Virus record (IMG/VR): IMGVR_UViG_3300037010_003065
Location: 1 to 57,344 of that record
Direction: 5' to 3' (one strand)
Origin: a virus
Lineage: Duplodnaviria; Caudoviricetes
DNA: 57,344 nucleotides
Positions 45,501 through 55,110 of the stretch are shown here, one piece after another. The notes beneath the pieces are model-generated. The model was not told the origin of the DNA. It worked only from the letters and a program-made list of their open reading frames with translations, and made no database searches. Numbering within the stretch: the first letter of the stretch is position 1; every line of letters begins with the position of its first letter. A program made the translations under genes and the position numbers.

Positions 45501-48458
45501 ATCGCGAGAGTAGGTACTTCTAAGTTCGGATCCAAAACCAGGGAAAGCGTAATCGCGAAATTGGCGGATGACGCCATTCATGAAGATGGCAGTCCCCTTA
45601 ATTTCGTAGAGTTCATGAAGAGCCCGCTCGGGCCCGGCGTGACTCTACGACCGATGCAGTACCTCATCGGCAAGGTCCTATTCGGCGTCCCCCTCGACTT
45701 TGAGGAGATGGAAGTCCCCATCTGGAACAAGACCAGGACCGAGCTTCTGTACACAATGACGGAGCGCGAGGCTCTGCACTATTTCTATGAGGAGGGGCGC
45801 TGCAACTTCGGCAACTGGCAGGATCTACCAGCGCGAGGCTTCAACGAATCCCTCATCTTCTGCGGCAGACGCGGAGGGAAAGCTTTCGATGTCAATGAAG
45901 AGATTCCAACGCCGGAAGGTTTTCGTAAGATCGGGGATCTCAAAGAAGGCGATTCAGTTTTCGGACCTGACGGCGTCCCGGTTCGCGTTGTAAACGCATG
46001 GGATCCGTTTGAAGCTGAAACCTATAAGGTGTCTTTCGACGACGGGACCTCTGTAGTAGCGCATGGTGAACATCAATGGTTTACCGTTACGAAAGCAGAG
46101 CGCAAGAAGATTAGACGGCTGCCTAAAAATGCGTCCATCGGTTCTGTTAAAACCACAAATGAGATAGCGGCAACGTTATTGATAACGAGGCCAGACGGTC
46201 GGCGTGAGACCAATCACTGCATTAAAGTGGCTGAACCCATTCAATTGCCGGCTGCGGCATTGCCCATGGATCCGTACTGCCTTGGGGCTTGGTTAGGCGA
46301 TGGGGATAAAGTTGGAGGTAGTTGCTACGCTTGTCACATTGACGATGCTCCAGAGATCCTAGAAAATTTCAAAGCGGCGGGCTATGAAGTAAGAGGTTAC
46401 AACGATATTGGTCGGCATGAGAACACGCGTTTTTATGTTGGAATGACTCAAGATCTTAAAAAAATCGGGGTCATAGGGAATAAACATATTCCGCAGGAAT
46501 ACTTATGGGCTTCACGAGATCAACGTCTTGCGCTGCTCCAAGGTCTCATGGATACTGACGGGAGTTGCTGCAAAGAACGAGCTCGATGCGAGTTCTGCAA
46601 CACAAATAGAGATCTTGCGGAGGGCGTCTACCACCTCGCCGCTTCTCTGGGCTTAAAGCCTCGTTGGGTAGAAGGCCGTGCGAAGTTGAATGGTAAAGAC
46701 TTTGGTCCGAAATATAGGATCAACTGGATTTCGTCACTGCCTGTATTCAGATTAAAGCGCAAACTCGATCTGCTTCCAACGGCTAAAGAGGTAAGTACTA
46801 GAAACAGATGGCGATTCATCGAGAGTGTAGAACCTGCTGGGAAGCGTACTGTTCGGTGTATCGCCGTTGATCGTGAAGATGGACTCTTCCTCTTTGGTCG
46901 TAATTTCAATATCACGCATAACAGCCAGGGCGTGAGCGCGTACGGGTGCTACAAGCTCTACAAACTCCTCTGCATTCGTAGTCCGCAGGAATACTACTCC
47001 CTTGTCGGATCATCCCAGATCGACTTCACGTTCCTAGCTCAGGATGATGACGGCGCCAACCGCGTCTTCGGCAAGATGAAGAACGACGTCAACAACGCGC
47101 CCTTCTTCAGTCCCTACATCTTCAAGAGCCCGAATACGTCAGAGATGGCGTTCGTGACGGAAGCAGATCGAGGGAAGCGCGACATCATGCCCTCCATCTT
47201 CGTGTCCGCGTGGCCTTGCACCACCCGCGCTGCTCGCGGTCCCTCCTCGATCTTCCTGGTCCTCGATGAGTTCGCCCACTTCCGGAATGCGACGGGCGCT
47301 AACTCCGCGGATGTGTACGAATCCGCGAAGCCCGCGACCGCTGACTTCACGCACGGCACCGATGGTGATCTCGAATCACTCGTTATCACGATTACTTCCC
47401 CCGACAAGAAGGTTGGCAAGAGCTACGAGCTCTGGCAAACCGCTCTCAGGGAGGGGGCCAACTCCTCTATCTTCGGAATCCGTCTCTCATCAGCGGAGAT
47501 GAACCCGCGCATCAGCAGTGACTTCCTCCTGTCTGAGCTCAGCAAGACGAACCCACAGCGGTGGAACGCTGAGTATGGTGGCGAATTCCTTGAGGCTTCT
47601 GGTTCGTACGTACAGCCCCAGGACTTCATGGCCTGCGTCGACACTGACCGCGGCAATCTCGAGAAGTTCACGCCCCGTGCCATCGGACAGCGCTACTTCT
47701 GGGGCCTTGACCTCGGTTTCCGCAAGGATGCCACCGCTCTTGCAGTCGGTCACTGGGAACTGGATGAGCGTGACTTCCCTCGTCTCATTGTCGATTTTGT
47801 CGATCGCCTGATGGTAGGTGAAGGCAAGTACGTGGGTTATGACGAGCTCCCTGTCGATGACGTCTATGACTGGCTGCAACGGCGGCAGGAACTAACACCT
47901 GGCTTTCAAGGTGTGACGGACCAAAACTCCGGCTCCATGTTCGTGCAGCGTGCGCAGCAGGAAGGTCTGGGCTTCTTCAAGCTCATCAACCTCACAGCCG
48001 GCATCAACTCCCAGGCTGCGTACGTTCTCCAAGGCTTCATCAACAACAAGGTCATTCGATTCCCGAACGTCCCAAAATTCATCCGAGAGATGAAGTTGTT
48101 GGAAGCGTACTACGTCACCAAGTACCAGCTCAAGGTTGAGGCGCCGAGTGAAAAGGATGAGGACGGCAACCCCTGCCACGACGACATGTATGACGCCGTC
48201 GCTGAAATGGCTTGGGACGCGAACAAATGGCTCCTCGAATACGGCGCCACCCACTTGACGCCAGAGTCTATGCGTTTCATCGAGGCCATGGGCAAGGGCT
48301 TCCACGAGATGCCGCCAGAAGCCATAGCAGCTGCAGCGGACGCGAACAACTACGCGCTCGCGGACATGCGTATTCAGCAGCGTCAGTATCTACTTGGAAG
48401 ACCAGGTGTCGAGGCAGGGATGCAGAGCCCACGTCTGACAGCTAGACGCCGGAGGTAG
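45501..48458 (+). CDS. terL: Terminase large subunit, intein-containing (start ATC 45501 or TTG 45561)
   Basis: LRPMQ, Walker A CGRRGGK|S, ARG..IFLVLDEFAHF (Walker B), ITSP, AEYGGEF, WGLDLG, HDDMYDAVA. Confidence 0.95.
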   Translation: MARVGTSKFGSKTRESVIAKLADDAIHEDGSPLNFVEFMKSPLGPGVTLRPMQYLIGKVLFGVPLDFEEMEVPIWNKTRTELLYTMTEREALHYFYEEGRCNFGNWQDLPARGFNESLIFCGRRGGKAFDVNEEIPTPEGFRKIGDLKEGDSVFGPDGVPVRVVNAWDPFEAETYKVSFDDGTSVVAHGEHQWFTVTKAERKKIRRLPKNASIGSVKTTNEIAATLLITRPDGRRETNHCIKVAEPIQLPAAALPMDPYCLGAWLGDGDKVGGSCYACHIDDAPEILENFKAAGYEVRGYNDIGRHENTRFYVGMTQDLKKIGVIGNKHIPQEYLWASRDQRLALLQGLMDTDGSCCKERARCEFCNTNRDLAEGVYHLAASLGLKPRWVEGRAKLNGKDFGPKYRINWISSLPVFRLKRKLDLLPTAKEVSTRNRWRFIESVEPAGKRTVRCIAVDREDGLFLFGRNFNITHNSQGVSAYGCYKLYKLLCIRSPQEYYSLVGSSQIDFTFLAQDDDGANRVFGKMKNDVNNAPFFSPYIFKSPNTSEMAFVTEADRGKRDIMPSIFVSAWPCTTRAARGPSSIFLVLDEFAHFRNATGANSADVYESAKPATADFTHGTDGDLESLVITITSPDKKVGKSYELWQTALREGANSSIFGIRLSSAEMNPRISSDFLLSELSKTNPQRWNAEYGGEFLEASGSYVQPQDFMACVDTDRGNLEKFTPRAIGQRYFWGLDLGFRKDATALAVGHWELDERDFPRLIVDFVDRLMVGEGKYVGYDELPVDDVYDWLQRRQELTPGFQGVTDQNSGSMFVQRAQQEGLGFFKLINLTAGINSQAAYVLQGFINNKVIRFPNVPKFIREMKLLEAYYVTKYQLKVEAPSEKDEDGNPCHDDMYDAVAEMAWDANKWLLEYGATHLTPESMRFIEAMGKGFHEMPPEAIAAAADANNYALADMRIQQRQYLLGRPGVEAGMQSPRLTARRRR
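45882..46922 (+). mobile_element. Class 3 intein (347 aa) with LAGLIDADG endonuclease in the TerL Walker A motif
   Basis: Ala1 (AFDVNEEIPT), HQWF, VRCIAVD, ITHN|S (WCT triplet); LGAWLGDG and LLQGLMDTDG. Confidence 0.93.
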
Positions 48459-48460
48459 CC

Positions 48461-49096
48461 ATGAAGCTCGATCCCGAAACCCTCGAACAGCTCATCAACG
48501 AAGGCTTGATCTCCTTCGAGCAGGCTGAGGCGCTGCGGATCAGGGAGCAGAAGCTCCTGAACCCACATCTCATTCCCAACATCCGCGCACGTGAGAACCA
48601 CGCTGCCATCGCGAAAATGCAGCAGTTCGTTCCAGAGGATTCGGAACAGGGGACTTGCGTGGGCGATGCGCTGACGTCACTGCAGCGCAACGATGATGAG
48701 GTCGTGGTTATCCTCCTCGACATTATGCGCCGTCTCCTTACATCAGAAGACACGTTTTCTAGTAACGAGCTCTTTAGCAATGAGCCGCAGACGCTGACTC
48801 GCATCGTCACAGCTCTGCTCCCGATCATCGTCACAGAAGGTCCGAAGGCGGAGCTTGCGGCCCTGAACATGAACAAGCTCCAGCGCGGATTCTCGCCTGC
48901 TGGTATCGTGACGCCGGAGATGCATGAGGCTGTAATCCGCTGGGTCCAGAATCTGATGAAGAAGCCTAAGGTCATCGAAGAAGCTATTGATGACATTGGC
49001 GTCAAGTCGCTGCAGTATCGTGATGGGCAGCTCATCGAGCCGGATGGGGGAGAGGATTTGTTTTTGGGTGCCAAAGGATCGACAGAGGACGTATAG
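48461..49096 (+). CDS. Hypothetical protein
   Basis: GGAGG RBS; directly after terL. Confidence 0.75.
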   Translation: MKLDPETLEQLINEGLISFEQAEALRIREQKLLNPHLIPNIRARENHAAIAKMQQFVPEDSEQGTCVGDALTSLQRNDDEVVVILLDIMRRLLTSEDTFSSNELFSNEPQTLTRIVTALLPIIVTEGPKAELAALNMNKLQRGFSPAGIVTPEMHEAVIRWVQNLMKKPKVIEEAIDDIGVKSLQYRDGQLIEPDGGEDLFLGAKGSTEDV

Positions 49097-49166
49097 TTCC
49101 CTCGGAGGGTGGCACCCCTCCAGGTGGCCCGCGACGCCACTCGGGTAAGTATCGTGCTTGCAATAC

Positions 49167-49196
49167 TTAGGGGGTCTTCGGACCCCCTAACTTTTT
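49167..49196 (+). terminator. Intrinsic terminator ending the virion/packaging block
   Basis: TTAGGGGGTC-TTCG-GACCCCCTAA then CTTTTT. Confidence 0.9.
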
Positions 49197-49246
49197 GGTG
49201 CTACCGTTGCTCCCGAACACGTATAGTGATTGTAGAGGAAATACCA

Positions 49247-50116
49247 ATGGCACGCATGACGCTAGCCGAGCTAGAAGCCAGCCTGGACGAGGCCATCGCG
49301 GCGAAGCACATCTGGAACGTCGACTACGTCGCGTTCAAGGAAAGGCTCGGCCGCATCATCGAGGAGTCGTTTAACAGCTACCATATCGAGGACGTCGGCG
49401 ATCACGAGGCTTTCTGGAATTACTTTCACCCGTTGCACTACTGCAACGCCACAACTCTGCTCGGGAAGGCGAAGAAGATCGACAAGCTCCCGAATGACAA
49501 GAAGTGGCCTGAGATCAAGAACGTTCTTCGCTCGCTGGTTCCTGCCTGCGAGAAGATAGCGACGGTGAAGCAGTTCGTGGAGAAGGGCCGGAAACCTTCT
49601 GAGAATCCCTCCGTGAACGTGCGCACCGTCGACCACACCGGGACATGCGGCTGTTGCATGCGCAACATCAAGCTTCGCTCAGAAGGCACGATGTGGGATC
49701 ACGGCTACTTCATCAGAAACGTCGGCAAAGGCAAAGGCAAAGACTTCAGCCCCCGCACGCAGTATCGGACCCTGGAAGGCTTCGTCTTCGCGGTAACGCC
49801 TTTCAACTTCCGCGTGGGTTCCTGCTTCGGCGTCGGTTACAAGCCCATCGAAGTGAGCCCTGAGGTGTGGGATGCGATGCTGTTGCACATGCAGAAACGT
49901 CAGCAGACTCTTCCAGACCAGATCGCGAGTGTCAAGACCTGGCTCGTGAACAATCCCAAGACGCCCGAAAACGCCAAGACACACATGATGACGCAACGCA
50001 GTCTCTTCTACATGGAGCAGGAGCTCGAGCAGCTCCCGAGCGACATCAAGTCCTTGCGAGCCCGCCGCGCCAACTGGAAGGCTCGTCCTCTCCCCGACCA
50101 GCGAAAGGAGAAGTGA
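49247..50116 (+). CDS. Hypothetical phage protein with Cys/His motif
   Basis: GTCGCC...DHGY...CFG; GAGGA RBS. Confidence 0.7.
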   Translation: MARMTLAELEASLDEAIAAKHIWNVDYVAFKERLGRIIEESFNSYHIEDVGDHEAFWNYFHPLHYCNATTLLGKAKKIDKLPNDKKWPEIKNVLRSLVPACEKIATVKQFVEKGRKPSENPSVNVRTVDHTGTCGCCMRNIKLRSEGTMWDHGYFIRNVGKGKGKDFSPRTQYRTLEGFVFAVTPFNFRVGSCFGVGYKPIEVSPEVWDAMLLHMQKRQQTLPDQIASVKTWLVNNPKTPENAKTHMMTQRSLFYMEQELEQLPSDIKSLRARRANWKARPLPDQRKEK

Positions 50117-50117
50117 G

Positions 50118-50612
50118 ATGCTACTCGTCCTAGTTCTCTACGCCTGCGCAACCTCCTTCTACATGCGGATGCACTGGCATCAGAAGTTGGTCGTGCCCGA
50201 GCGAACGCTGCTTCCATGGTTCGGGAGTCTCTACCTCCGCACCCTCATCCCCATGACGCTGATGGGCATCTGGTGGGTGATCTTCACCAACGGCGACCTC
50301 AAGGATCCTCTGGGCCCTGGAATGCGCGAATGGATCATCGACCATTTCAGGGTCGATGGTATCTGGAAGTGGTCATGGTCGTGGTTCCTCACCAACGCTG
50401 CCATCTACTTCGTCCTCGCACTCCCGAAAGAAGCGACCTACAAGTCCGCACTCTTCCCGGGACAGTTCAACGACACCGCGGAGCCCGAGCTCCTACGCGT
50501 GAACATGCGCAACTCCCTCATCTGGAACGCGATCTTTTACGCCGCAGTCTTCATCAATCCCACCCTTCCATTCGGCTACTCCATCGTCGAAGCCCTGAAA
50601 GGCAACCTATGA
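50118..50612 (+). CDS. Integral membrane protein
   Basis: About four hydrophobic, Trp-rich segments. Confidence 0.7.
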   Translation: MLLVLVLYACATSFYMRMHWHQKLVVPERTLLPWFGSLYLRTLIPMTLMGIWWVIFTNGDLKDPLGPGMREWIIDHFRVDGIWKWSWSWFLTNAAIYFVLALPKEATYKSALFPGQFNDTAEPELLRVNMRNSLIWNAIFYAAVFINPTLPFGYSIVEALKGNL

Positions 50613-51748
50613 GCCACTTCACTGTCCTCGTCATCGGTCCCGACATCGAGAAGCAGCTGGCACCGTTCCAGGAAAACAACATGGGCGACTGCCCCGATGA
50701 GTTCCTGCAGTTTTACGACACGGAAACGGAGATGCTGGATGCCTACGAGAACAAAAGCGTGACGCGCGTCATCATGCCTGACGGCTCCATGAAGTTGCCG
50801 TGGGACGACTGCTTCCGCGTCCCTGGCAATGGTGTTGGCTTCGGCCCCCACACCCACGTCGTTCCTGAACACCTGGAGCAGCGTGATGTCCCGTTCAAGG
50901 AGACCTACGCCACCTTCGAGGAATACGTGAAGGACTGGCATGGCTCCGAAGGACGGGATCCGCTCCACAATCGCTTCGGCTACTACGAGAATCCCAACCG
51001 CAAGTGGGACTGGTATTCTATCGGCGGCCGCTGGACTGGCTTCTTCAAACTGAAGCCCGGCGCCAACGGAAAGGTCGGTCGCCCCGGCCTCATGACGAAG
51101 ACCGCCGCCCCCGGCTACGCTGACCAGTGCATGAAGAAGGACGTGGACTTCGACGCCATGCGTGATGAAGCTGGACAGGCGGCGGGAATGTGCTACGACT
51201 TCTTCCTCAAGCTCATGGGCCTGAGTGTCCTCGATCGTGTGGCCGCGAACGTCTTCGGCACGTGTCCTTTCACGGAGAAGCCGTGGAAGAAGTGGTGTGA
51301 CATCGTCGCCGAAAATCCCAACAGCACCAGGGATGAACGGATCGCCATCTACGAGTCCCAGGAGATGCCGAAACGTTTCGAGGACGCAAAGAAGGCGTTC
51401 AGGGCCAAGAACCCTTACCAGAGACAGTGGAACGAGGTCGAAGAGGCCGTGCTGTGGGGAGATGCTGATGACTTTGCCTGCACCCGCGCCGAATATGTCC
51501 AGCGCGCGCGGAACCGTGCCTTCAGCACCTACGCCGTCGTCAAGGACGCGAAGTGGTTCGAGAAGGGCGAGATGTGCTGGTGGGGACGCAGCGCCGAGAA
51601 GATGGAGGAGGACAAATGGCTTCAGCTGTTCGGTTGGTGGGGATGCACCGAGAAGATGGAGGAGGACAAATGGCTTCAGCGGTTCAACGACCTCCTCGAT
51701 AGCCTCGATGACGAAACCTTGCTGACGGTCGTTGACTGTCATATCTGA
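50609..51748 (+). CDS. Conserved-type phage hypothetical protein (MSHF...WDWY..GGRW...VVDCH)
   Basis: ATG overlaps the upstream stop; motif set I recognise from phage proteins of unknown function. Confidence 0.75.
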   Translation: MSHFTVLVIGPDIEKQLAPFQENNMGDCPDEFLQFYDTETEMLDAYENKSVTRVIMPDGSMKLPWDDCFRVPGNGVGFGPHTHVVPEHLEQRDVPFKETYATFEEYVKDWHGSEGRDPLHNRFGYYENPNRKWDWYSIGGRWTGFFKLKPGANGKVGRPGLMTKTAAPGYADQCMKKDVDFDAMRDEAGQAAGMCYDFFLKLMGLSVLDRVAANVFGTCPFTEKPWKKWCDIVAENPNSTRDERIAIYESQEMPKRFEDAKKAFRAKNPYQRQWNEVEEAVLWGDADDFACTRAEYVQRARNRAFSTYAVVKDAKWFEKGEMCWWGRSAEKMEEDKWLQLFGWWGCTEKMEEDKWLQRFNDLLDSLDDETLLTVVDCHI

Positions 51749-51763
51749 AAGCTGGAGGCAGTC

Positions 51764-52000
51764 GTGGCCATCACCATGAACGTCAACGACCACGTGTGGG
51801 TGAAGCTCACGCCCGCGGGCGTCGAAGCATACAAGAAGTGGAATGAGGATCTCGGGATCAAGGACCCTGTGATGCCGAAAGTGGAGTGGGACGGCTTCTC
51901 GAAGTTTCAGCTCTGGGAGCTGATGATGATCTTCGGTAGCACCTGTCACAACGGCGGCCACATCCCTTTCGAAACTGAGATCCAGCTGTCGAGAACGTGA
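51764..52000 (+). CDS. Small hypothetical phage protein
   Basis: GGAGG RBS; VWVKLTPAG...FQLWELMMIFG. Confidence 0.7.
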   Translation: MAITMNVNDHVWVKLTPAGVEAYKKWNEDLGIKDPVMPKVEWDGFSKFQLWELMMIFGSTCHNGGHIPFETEIQLSRT

Positions 52001-52100
52001 TGAATAACCTCACCCCTCCAGGCGCGCCGAAGCACATGTCGCAAGCGGAGCTGCGCAAGCAGCTCCGCGACCTTCTGGAATGGGCTAAGAAGAAAGAAGC

Positions 52101-52877
52101 ATGAACTGCAACTGCCAGGGACCGTGCACCTGCACGAATTTGAACGTCGCGGCGACGTCTGCGCCTACGTCTGCGCCTACGTCTGCGCCTACGTCTGCGC
52201 CTACGTCTGCGCCTGCACCCGCGCATAATCCACCCTCGAATGCGTCAGGACCTGTCGGTGCGATCATCTCGCAGAACGGCCAACCGATGGGTGTTGTCAC
52301 GGGCGTGACGCCGACGTCCACATGCGGGACGTGCAACCAGAATCCCTGCGTGTGCGTCAGTCTAAGCGGCAACAACCCCTACATGTGCCCAAACACCTTC
52401 GTGTCCAGCAGCAGCGTCGGGCTCTCGATCACGGGCACGTCGGTCACCACGGGCTGGGGGACACAGGGATCGCCCATCATCAACAGCGTGGCGCCTGGGA
52501 ACATCTCCATGAGCCTGGAAGCATATACACACTACGTCTTCGACCCGCACAACGAGAAGCACATGGAGGCGTATGCGCAATTGACTGAGAAGGGCGACTG
52601 GCCTGACTGGTTCAAGGAGGAGCTGAGGAACTACGGCGTCAAGATCGGCGACCAGCCGTCGATGTGGCGTGACCTCCTGGACCTGAAGATCCACAAGGCG
52701 CATGGAGGCTTCTGCGCCAATCGGGAACAGCTTCTCCTCGATTTCCTTCAGTGGGCGGAAGCTGGCGACATCTACTTGGCCTCAGCCAAATCAGGCGACA
52801 CCGATGCCCGTTATGAACCCCTCGATGACGCAGACGCGGCAGAGCTCGTGCGGGCGTACCTAGATTCAGGTCTATGA
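52101..52877 (+). CDS. Hypothetical protein with Cys-rich low-complexity N-terminus
   Basis: CNC..PCTC, TSAP x5, CGTC..PCVC. Confidence 0.65.
   Translation: MNCNCQGPCTCTNLNVAATSAPTSAPTSAPTSAPTSAPAPAHNPPSNASGPVGAIISQNGQPMGVVTGVTPTSTCGTCNQNPCVCVSLSGNNPYMCPNTFVSSSSVGLSITGTSVTTGWGTQGSPIINSVAPGNISMSLEAYTHYVFDPHNEKHMEAYAQLTEKGDWPDWFKEELRNYGVKIGDQPSMWRDLLDLKIHKAHGGFCANREQLLLDFLQWAEAGDIYLASAKSGDTDARYEPLDDADAAELVRAYLDSGL
52155..52214 (+). repeat. Perfect 12-bp coding repeat x5 (TSAP)
   Basis: ACGTCTGCGCCT x5. Confidence 0.95.
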
Positions 52878-52910
52878 TGATTCTGACGCCTCCATTGTAG
52901 AGGTGTTGTA

Positions 52911-53336
52911 TTGTCGTCACCGCCGCGAAAACCTACTGCCGCGAAAGCTTCGATCGGTCGTGATGAAATCACGCAACTGACGCAGCTTCTGAGCCTGTTG
53001 ACGGACATAGCTCGTTCGAATCAGGGTTCCCTCACCTCTGTCGTTCAGAATCAGACGGTGTTGCTGAAGGCCATCGAGAGCCAGAACCAGAACCACGTGA
53101 AGTTGACGGAGTTGGTGAACGTCGCGCTCACGGCTGTTTCCAACGACGGTAAGTTCCAGCAGGAGTTGGTGAACGATCTCGGCCGCGGCATCCGCGGAGC
53201 CTTCACCGAATTCATGAAAGAGGTACGGGATCTTCAGCTGGGCCTGACTCAGATCAGTGCCGGCCTGAGTGAGAATACGCGAGCACTCGAAGAGGTGGAC
53301 GCCAACATCCGCGCCCTTTTCGAAAGGATCGGGTAA
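52911..53336 (+). CDS. Coiled-coil protein
   Basis: TTG start 5 nt after GAGGTG; heptad pattern. Confidence 0.65.
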   Translation: MSSPPRKPTAAKASIGRDEITQLTQLLSLLTDIARSNQGSLTSVVQNQTVLLKAIESQNQNHVKLTELVNVALTAVSNDGKFQQELVNDLGRGIRGAFTEFMKEVRDLQLGLTQISAGLSENTRALEEVDANIRALFERIG

Positions 53337-54202
53337 TGGACGCACCAGGACGCGCGAATCTCAGACACGGGTCTTCGATCAAGGACGACCTCGGCGACAT
53401 CTACGGCGTCGTCGAGCGGATCCGCGAATCCTCAACGTCCGAGGTCAAGACCCTCGACGAGTTGCGGACGAAGTTCGATCAGATCCTGCTTCAGTTCACA
53501 GGCTTCAAGTCCGACGCGCAGCTGACGTACAAGGACATCGAGAGCGTCGTCAAGAGCACTGGCGCAGCTGTTGACGTAGGCTTCCGTGAGACGCGGAGGC
53601 TTCTTGAAACAATCTCGACCACGACCACGACCAATGCCGAGACGCTGGGGCGATTTGAACGGGTCCTGCAGGCGGTCCTCGCCACGCTCTACGAGCTCCG
53701 GGATGCCGCTTCGACTGCGCACGAGATGCGCAAGGGCATCGTCACGTCCATCGCTGATCTACCAGGCGCAATAGCGACGGAGTTGCCGTCCTGCGCCCTA
53801 CTTGAAAATGACGGTTATCTTCGCACTAAGATGGAGTCGGCACAGGACAAATTCATCGGCCTCAACGACAAGACCATTCCGCGCCTGGAGAAGGTCGTCA
53901 CCGAGCTCATGAAGGAGTACGGGTACGACCCCGACACTGGCATCAAGCGCGAGGAGTTCTTTGTCGGCTTCAGCAAGCTCAAGAAGGCCATCATCAACAA
54001 TCTCCTGTCGCTACTGGCTTCAGCGTTGGTCTTGTGGGCAGCGCAGCACATTGCCGCGTCATCCATCAACGAAGCGAAGAAGTCCATCGAGGATTCATAC
54101 AAGCAGCGGATCACGGAGCAAGATGAGAGGATGAAGCACCTCGAGGATGAGAACAGAGCGCTTCAGCAAGCGATCAAAACGCCGCGGTATCCTCAGAAGT
54201 AA
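53336..54202 (+). CDS. Coiled-coil protein with one C-terminal transmembrane helix
   Basis: IINNLLSLLASALVLWAA between coiled coils. Confidence 0.7.
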   Translation: MDAPGRANLRHGSSIKDDLGDIYGVVERIRESSTSEVKTLDELRTKFDQILLQFTGFKSDAQLTYKDIESVVKSTGAAVDVGFRETRRLLETISTTTTTNAETLGRFERVLQAVLATLYELRDAASTAHEMRKGIVTSIADLPGAIATELPSCALLENDGYLRTKMESAQDKFIGLNDKTIPRLEKVVTELMKEYGYDPDTGIKREEFFVGFSKLKKAIINNLLSLLASALVLWAAQHIAASSINEAKKSIEDSYKQRITEQDERMKHLEDENRALQQAIKTPRYPQK

Positions 54203-54212
54203 CGCGAGGCGT

Positions 54213-54869
54213 GTGGTGGTCGATGTTCCTGATGACAGCCTAGTTGTTGAGTTCTCAGCAGCAGAGGCAGCGAAACTTCTGCGTGATGGGATCAACCCAG
54301 CACGGTGGGAACGTGTTCGCGAGGAAATCGACTTCTGGGAGTTGGTGGACATGCTCGTCGACCGCAGTGACCAGGGAAGGAGGGGCAACGCCATCCGCTG
54401 CCCGTTCCACGGTCGTGATTCGACACCGTCGTTTCAGATCTATAGCCACAGCAATAATGCCTACTGCTGGGGGTGCCAACACGGCGACCAGTTCTGGGAC
54501 CAGATCAAATTCACCGCACGCATCCTCAACAAAACGAGTCGCCAGGCTCTGAAGTGGCTAGAGAAGGAATTTAAGCTCCCAGTACTTCCAGAGTTGCACG
54601 GCGATGTCGAAGAGGAAATAGACGAAAGCAAAACATTCACCTTGGAGGTGGAGGACCTAGCGCCGACTTACGTTCGAACCGTGAGAGCTTATGCGCGCCG
54701 GCACAGAGACTGTGATGGAGTGTCAGAAGAAGTTCATGAAGCCGTGAGAAAGTTCTTTGAAGCCGTGAAAACGAACGATCCACTGCCCCTAGCGCGAGTG
54801 TTGGGGGTGAAGGCCATCAAAAAACTTTCTGCCGCTGCGGAGGCACGCTATGACTCTTCATCCGGGTGA
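54213..54869 (+). CDS. Stand-alone CHC2 zinc-finger (primase-type) protein
   Basis: CPFHGRDSTPSF...YCWGC...ALKWL; no TOPRIM domain. Confidence 0.8.
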   Translation: MVVDVPDDSLVVEFSAAEAAKLLRDGINPARWERVREEIDFWELVDMLVDRSDQGRRGNAIRCPFHGRDSTPSFQIYSHSNNAYCWGCQHGDQFWDQIKFTARILNKTSRQALKWLEKEFKLPVLPELHGDVEEEIDESKTFTLEVEDLAPTYVRTVRAYARRHRDCDGVSEEVHEAVRKFFEAVKTNDPLPLARVLGVKAIKKLSAAAEARYDSSSG

Positions 54870-55098
54870 CGTTGTTCAACTTGACCACTCTGTACCGCAA
54901 GTGGGTGATCTCTTTATGGTCGTGCTTCGCGCGATCCCATCGAGGCAAGAAGTTCAAGGACGAGTCCCTGGGCATGAAGGCGTTGTCAGTTGTAACTACG
55001 GCAACGTCCATCCGTCCGGGCTTCAGCTCCACGCGGAATGCAATCTCTGCATGGGCGCTCGCGCTACCTGTGAGGACTGCGATAAGCACCCATTCTAG
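54850..55098 (+). CDS. Small hypothetical protein
   Basis: GGAGG RBS; C-terminal CNLC..CEDC. Confidence 0.45.
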   Translation: MTLHPGDVVQLDHSVPQVGDLFMVVLRAIPSRQEVQGRVPGHEGVVSCNYGNVHPSGLQLHAECNLCMGARATCEDCDKHPF

Positions 55099-55110
55099 GT
55101 ATCCTCCCAC

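Noticed and set aside
10378-51961. Long minus-strand ORFs such as 13478-15199, 26883-27830, 41461-42543, 43828-45030 and 50576-51961
   Set aside because: Stop-poor antisense frames caused by codon bias of the real + strand genes; no motifs.
51858-52375. Poly-Arg and ADVG-repeat minus-strand ORFs
   Set aside because: Antisense readings of the 12-bp TSAP repeat.
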